This document shows, in pieces, positions 58,186-64,000 of a stretch of DNA of 64,000 nucleotides (the first letter of the stretch is position 1; every line of letters begins with the position of its first letter). The notes beneath the pieces were generated by a model. The model did no database searches. It saw only the letters and a program-made list of their open reading frames with translations, and was not told where the DNA came from. A program made the translations under genes and the position numbers. Location of the stretch: contig OX597814.1 of NCBI GenBank assembly GCA_951406725.2, forward strand, positions 188,418,001 to 188,482,000. Reading direction: 5' to 3'. This DNA comes from Octopus vulgaris. Lineage: Eukaryota.

Positions 58186-59112
58186 TAATGTATTCACCTT
58201 CTCCAAACATTATCTATACTTTTGGGGAAGTTCATGTTGTGTTGCATACAGTGTGAGTGCAAAGTAGATGTGAAGTGGTAGTGTATTTTGTGGAACTGAA
58301 AGAAAAATGTAATTGATAATTTTATCGGATATAGACGGAAGAAAAGAGTTTGTAAGTAAAAAGAAATGGTAGAATAAGGTATGACAGTGAATAGAAAAAA
58401 GGTAAGGCAAAAGCAAACATTTTGAGGAAGTGGGTAGCGAGGAAAGGAAGACACAGACATTTTCTTGGTTAGACAATAAAAGCTTTGTTGAAGAAAGTTG
58501 GCAACTAAGTTGGTTATATTTAGGCGTGAGAAATTTGTCTATATGATATTATTCAGCTTCATTGCAACTTGTATGTAAATACAGGTGCCAAAAGTCAGAT
58601 TTATATAGAAACTCAGGTAATAGGTCTCGGATGGATTATAATTGAGTGGTTTGTGTTAAAAGTTTTGTCGAATCTAGCAAGGTGATTTTTCTTTGGATGG
58701 TTATATATAGTGTAAAAAATTAGTGGTTGAAGTTATGCTATTGCTAAAGTTAATTGAAGCAGGCATGTGGTAGGGACGAAAAGTTAGATCTGTACAGGAG
58801 CAAAGATAGATCAAATTCAGTAGAAGATTGCCTCTAAGTAAACAATTAACTGAGTCAGAGGTTTTATTTTTCAATATTTGCATTGTAAAGTTAGCATCAT
58901 TATTATTTGACATTAATATGCGTATGAAAATACTTTGTCGTTAGAAGGTAGATGCATGTGCAGAATCATTCACGTGTTAGTGCGAAAATATCACTCCATA
59001 CACATACATATTTGAGACTAAGTTTACATGTATTTCCACATTCACAGATTTGATTAGGTGAATACAAATATATGCGCATATACATGCGCACCCATACATT
59101 CATCTCTCTGTC

Positions 59113-59178
<66 letters not shown>

Positions 59179-59865
59179 TATACTCGCACACGATCATGAT
59201 ATACATGATTGCAAACGCGCAAGAATAACTGTTCAACGTTAAACACCAAAATACGGAAACACCCAATATCAATATTAATTTCAATGTAAATATAAAAGTT
59301 GTAAACGTCATGACTCAAACTGTTGTGTCGGTCACTATACATTTACAACAGGGAGTAATTGCACTTCAATATAATGCAGCATACAAAAAAAAAAATTTTT
59401 AAAGAATACTTTTTTTTTAAATTGAAAAGAATGTATTTGGAAAATTTACTAATACCAAAATATGAAATTGAATGAAATACAAATGACATAACACGAAAAA
59501 AGTTTCTCATAATATGACATATTCTAGGATTTACTGGTAATTTAATCCGTTCTAAAATTACTGCAGAACACACGGGGCACATGCTATTAAAACAATTGAA
59601 TTTAAGAGTGTGAAGGTCCTGAAATGTCTTTCTTATGAATTTTGGAACGTTAGTATTCCAACATAAAAAAAAACGCTATTAATATGAAATATATTAAACA
59701 TTCAGAAGGAAAACCCATCAAAATTGGACATAGGCAATATATGTGATTAAAAATAGCCATCTATATATCATACTTACTGTATACACACACTATATTCAGG
59801 ACAAATACTGCAGTAATTGGCGCGTCGACAATGTGTATACATTTGGTATGATAAATGTCTTTTAT

Positions 59866-60345
59866 TTTTTACTTGTTTCAGTCATTAGACTGCGGCCATG
59901 CTAGGGCACCGGCTTGAGGAATTTTTAGTTGAATGAATCGACCCTAATACTTAGTTTCGTGTTTAAGCCTGGTACATTTCCTATCGTTTTCTCTGCCGAA
60001 CCGCTAGGCTACGGGGACGTAAACACACCAACACTACTTGTCAAGCGCTGGTGGGATGGACAAATTGAGATGCAAAAACACACACATACACATACATACA
60101 TACATACATACATACATACATACACACATACATACGTGCATGCATACATACATACATACATCAAGATAAAAGCTAGAGTAACTGGTCTATCGACAGTGTG
60201 CTTACATTAAGTGTGCTACATAGGTGGCTACCAAACTAGTCATGTTTGGAAGGAGTGGAACCTTGGGCAAGTTCTTCTACTATAGCCTCCAGCCGGCAAA
60301 GGCCTTGTGAGTGAATTGGTAGACGGAAACTGAAAGAAGCCAGTC

Positions 60346-60418
<73 letters not shown>

Positions 60419-60620
60419 TGTGTCTGTGTTTGTACCCCACCCCAACATCGCTTGATAACCGATGCTGGTGTGTTTACGTCCCCGAAATTAGCGGTTCGGC
60501 AAAAGAGACCGATAGAATAAGTACTAGGCTTACAAAGAATGAGTCCTGGGGTCGATTTGCTCGACTAAAGGCGGTGCTCCAGCATGACCGCAGTCAAATG
60601 ACTGAAACAAGTAAAAGAAA
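59866..60620. mobile_element. Two SINE family B pieces: 59866-60080 (-, partial) and 60240-60620 (+)
   Basis: Match to the family consensus. Confidence 0.9.
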
Positions 60621-60967
60621 AATAGAATATATGAGCATATCTAGACATGCAACTATATGTATGTACATAAAACAAAACATACACATCTGCAAACATACAT
60701 ACATACATACATACATACATACATACATACATACACACACACATACATACATACATACATACATACATACATACATACATGCATGCATGCATACATGAAT
60801 ACATATATATATATTCATACATACATACATACATACATACATACATACATACATACATACATACATACATACATACATACATACATACATGCATACATGC
60901 ATACATACATAATACATACATACATACATACACACATACATACATAATACATACATACATACATACA

Positions 60968-61001
<34 letters not shown>

Positions 61002-61007
61002 CATACA

Positions 61008-61041
<34 letters not shown>

Positions 61042-61290
61042 CATACATATATACATACATATATACATACATATATACATACATAAATTAGAAAAGCATA
61101 TTATAACATGTAGGTTTAATGCGCATATTTGCATGGAATAGAAAATAGAGAATAATGAACAAAGAATACAAAATAAACGACAGGGATTATATAACAGCGT
61201 TATCTTGACAGGTGCTTCAAGTGAACCATAGCTCATCCTCAACTTCCACACACACACACATAAAAGCACACACATATATGTGTGTGCGTG

Positions 61291-61360
<70 letters not shown>

Positions 61361-61402
61361 GGTTTTATTCATGCATGTATAACTATATGCATCTGTGTAT
61401 AT

Positions 61403-61498
<96 letters not shown>

Positions 61499-61504
61499 AT
61501 ACAC

Positions 61505-61535
<31 letters not shown>

Positions 61536-61550
61536 CACATATATATATAC

Positions 61551-61581
<31 letters not shown>

Positions 61582-61945
61582 CATACATATATATACATAT
61601 ATATATACATATATATATATACTTATATATATACATACATACATACATACATACATACATACATACATACATACACACACACACACTGTTATTTTACCGA
61701 GTTGTATCTATTTATCAGCCGATAAGACACATCTGCCGAATGCTCCTGAACAAGTTGTGAAGTGGTCCACCCGTGAGGGATCGATGCTAGGTGTATTGAA
61801 ATAATTGTCGTGCTTAATAATAAAAATTCTCGCATATTCCATTTTCTATCTTTCATTTAACAGATATATATAAATATATATATATTGATATTTTATATAT
61901 ATATTAATATATATTAATATTTTATATATATATTAATATGTATTA

Positions 61946-62007
<62 letters not shown>

Positions 62008-62387
62008 CAGGCATAGACAGAGAGAAAGAAAGAAAGAGAGAGATAGTAGAATAATAAAGAGAAAAAATTCTTGGTACAGTATTATGTATATTTCAAAGAA
62101 TGTGTAGAGATCACTTTTTTGAGGGGATAATTTTTTATTTTAATCTTAATAATAATAATAATGTTTACAGTGAGTTACTCTGGTATGAGTTTCAAACTTC
62201 TCGTAGCCGTTTTCAAACTGAAAAATATATGTTTTACTGGCTGCTTAAATAACAAAATATTTTTTCTTACAAGTATACATACAAAAAAATATATACAGAA
62301 AAGAGAAAAGAATATGAAAAAATCTAAAAAGGTATGAAAATATAAAATTTAAAAAATAAGGTATATACATATATATATATATATATA

Positions 62388-62784
62388 TCTTTATATATAA
62401 AAGTCAAGTTGTGTCTCTGTCTCCTACGATTTAGATTCCTAACTACTCGCACATTTTGCGGTGCAGTTTAACCAAAACCGGGTATCTTATAGTCGTGATT
62501 CATATCGAGCCCTTCTGGGTATTAGCGCGCGTCTACGGTAAGACTACGATTTAAAAAAAAATTACCATCATTTTTTTCCATTTTAATGCATTTTTTCTCT
62601 ATTATATAAGGAAAGTAACTCTCTAAAAATGTCTACGATGAATCAACGATTAAAAAAAAAATTACCATCATTTTTTTTTCCATTTTTAATGCATTTTTTT
62701 GCTATTTTTTGGCTATAACTCTCTAAAAATGCTTATATAGTTATTTCCCTTACAAACCCGAGCAACGCCGGGCGATACTGCTAG
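62388..62784 (+). mobile_element. Non-autonomous Helitron, copy 2
   Basis: TC...hairpin...CTAG with A^T junctions; high identity to 50480-50878. Confidence 0.92.
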
Positions 62785-62785
62785 T

Positions 62786-63355
62786 TCCGCCATTGCTTCT
62801 TCCTCAAGGTATTTTGGCGCTTCTTTACCAAGTTATTTTGGCGCCCCTTCCTCTCACCCTCTTTACTTCTTTCTTTCTCTCTCTCTCTTGGTCATTTCTC
62901 GGCCCTCCTCAATCCCCCTCTCTCTTTCTCTCTCACCTTCTTGCAACCTGCTGCTGCTAAGCCATTCCACTGCTGACAGCCGCTTGTACTACACGTGTCT
63001 TCTCTACCGAAAAGGTAACCGCTTCCCACGCTTGCTGATCAATTGTTTTGTCTCATTTTGTCTCAAAGTCGTAAGACGCCCCCGTATCATTCCTGTTTTT
63101 ATTCGTTACTGTTTCCAATTTTATCTTCGTCTCTTGTTTTCCTATTCGTCTCTGTTGTCACATTCTTTCCTTCTACCAAGCAAATCTAATGCCCATAGCT
63201 TAGCTTTTCCTTGGGGCTGGCCTTTTCGGAGCAAATCTCAGAATTAAACAGCCGAAATTTGCCATGATGAATCGGTTTCTGACTGAAGAATGAAGGCTCT
63301 GAATTACTGTCCGTTTTTCCGTGTTTGTCAATTCGTGAATTTCACGTTCTTTATA
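62786..63355 (+). mobile_element. Dispersed element homologous in its 3' part to 37257-37540
   Basis: Shared structured block at 63176-63312; ends at (TA)n. Confidence 0.7.
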
Positions 63356-63401
63356 TATAAGTTTTATTCTATATATATATATATGTGGTGCTATTAAGTA
63401 C

Positions 63402-63459
63402 CAGGTGGTGCTATTAAGTTAGACATGGCCTGGGCCAATAATGGCCGAAACCTATCAAA
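63402..63459 (+). ncRNA. Hammerhead-shaped motif with non-canonical 5' core strand (copy 2)
   Basis: ttaga-CATGGCCTG-ggcca(ataa)tggcc-GAAA-cc-TA-tcaaa, between (TA)n tracts. Confidence 0.33.
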
Positions 63460-63481
63460 GTATCAATCAAAGTATCATATA

Positions 63482-63541
<60 letters not shown>

Positions 63542-64000
63542 ATACAAAAGACTGTGTGAAGAAGAAGAAGAAGAAGAAGAAGAAGAAGAAGAAGAAGAAG
63601 AAGAAGAAGAAGAAGAAGAAGAAGAAGAAGAAGAAGAAGAAGACGACGACGAAGAAAAAGAAGAAAAGGGAGAACGAGGAGGGGAAGAAGAAAACGAAGG
63701 AAGAAAGGAGGCGAAGAAGGAAAGGAGAAGAGAAATAATAAATTAAATCAAGAAAAATAAATATATAATAAAATAAGAAATGAAATAGAAAATAAAAAAC
63801 AAAGAAAGAAGATTAATAGTAATTGAGAACAGTGATGGGGAAGATTTAAGTCTATCAAGAATAACGAAATGTAAAATTTAGGAATGATTAGTATTCTAGT
63901 CTTCTTGTCAAAAGTTGACCTGTGTGGTGAGGTCACTTATTTAGTTCTCACAGGTGGGTAGCAAAAAATCTTTTGCTGTTTAAGCGAACCTCCAACGCCA

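Overview
AT-rich eukaryotic DNA, almost certainly intronic or intergenic. It is saturated with microsatellites ((TA)n, (TATG)n, (CA)n, (AAT)n, (GAT)n, (AAG)n) and short mobile elements. The tRNA-derived SINE families and microsatellite density point to an octopus (coleoid cephalopod) genome; this is an inference. No intact host protein-coding gene is supported, and nearly all listed ORFs are microsatellite or SINE artefacts. Recognisable content: four tRNA-headed SINE families (called A-D here); decayed R4/Dong-type, RTE and CR1 LINE fragments; a Penelope-like GIY-YIG 3' end; non-autonomous Helitrons; mariner remnants; and a MITE carrying TTAGGG repeats. The most interesting signals are: (i) a dispersed set of minimal hammerhead-ribozyme-shaped motifs in (TA)n-flanked Penelope-type fragments, including a G3-C8 core swap and a two-copy variant whose CUGANGA strand is replaced; (ii) a ~1.5 kb spacer-less palindrome; (iii) 283-bp and 143-bp duplications flanking single insertions; (iv) one SINE head joined to five different tails; (v) strong strand bias of SINE family A. 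All calls are by eye and no database searches were run.
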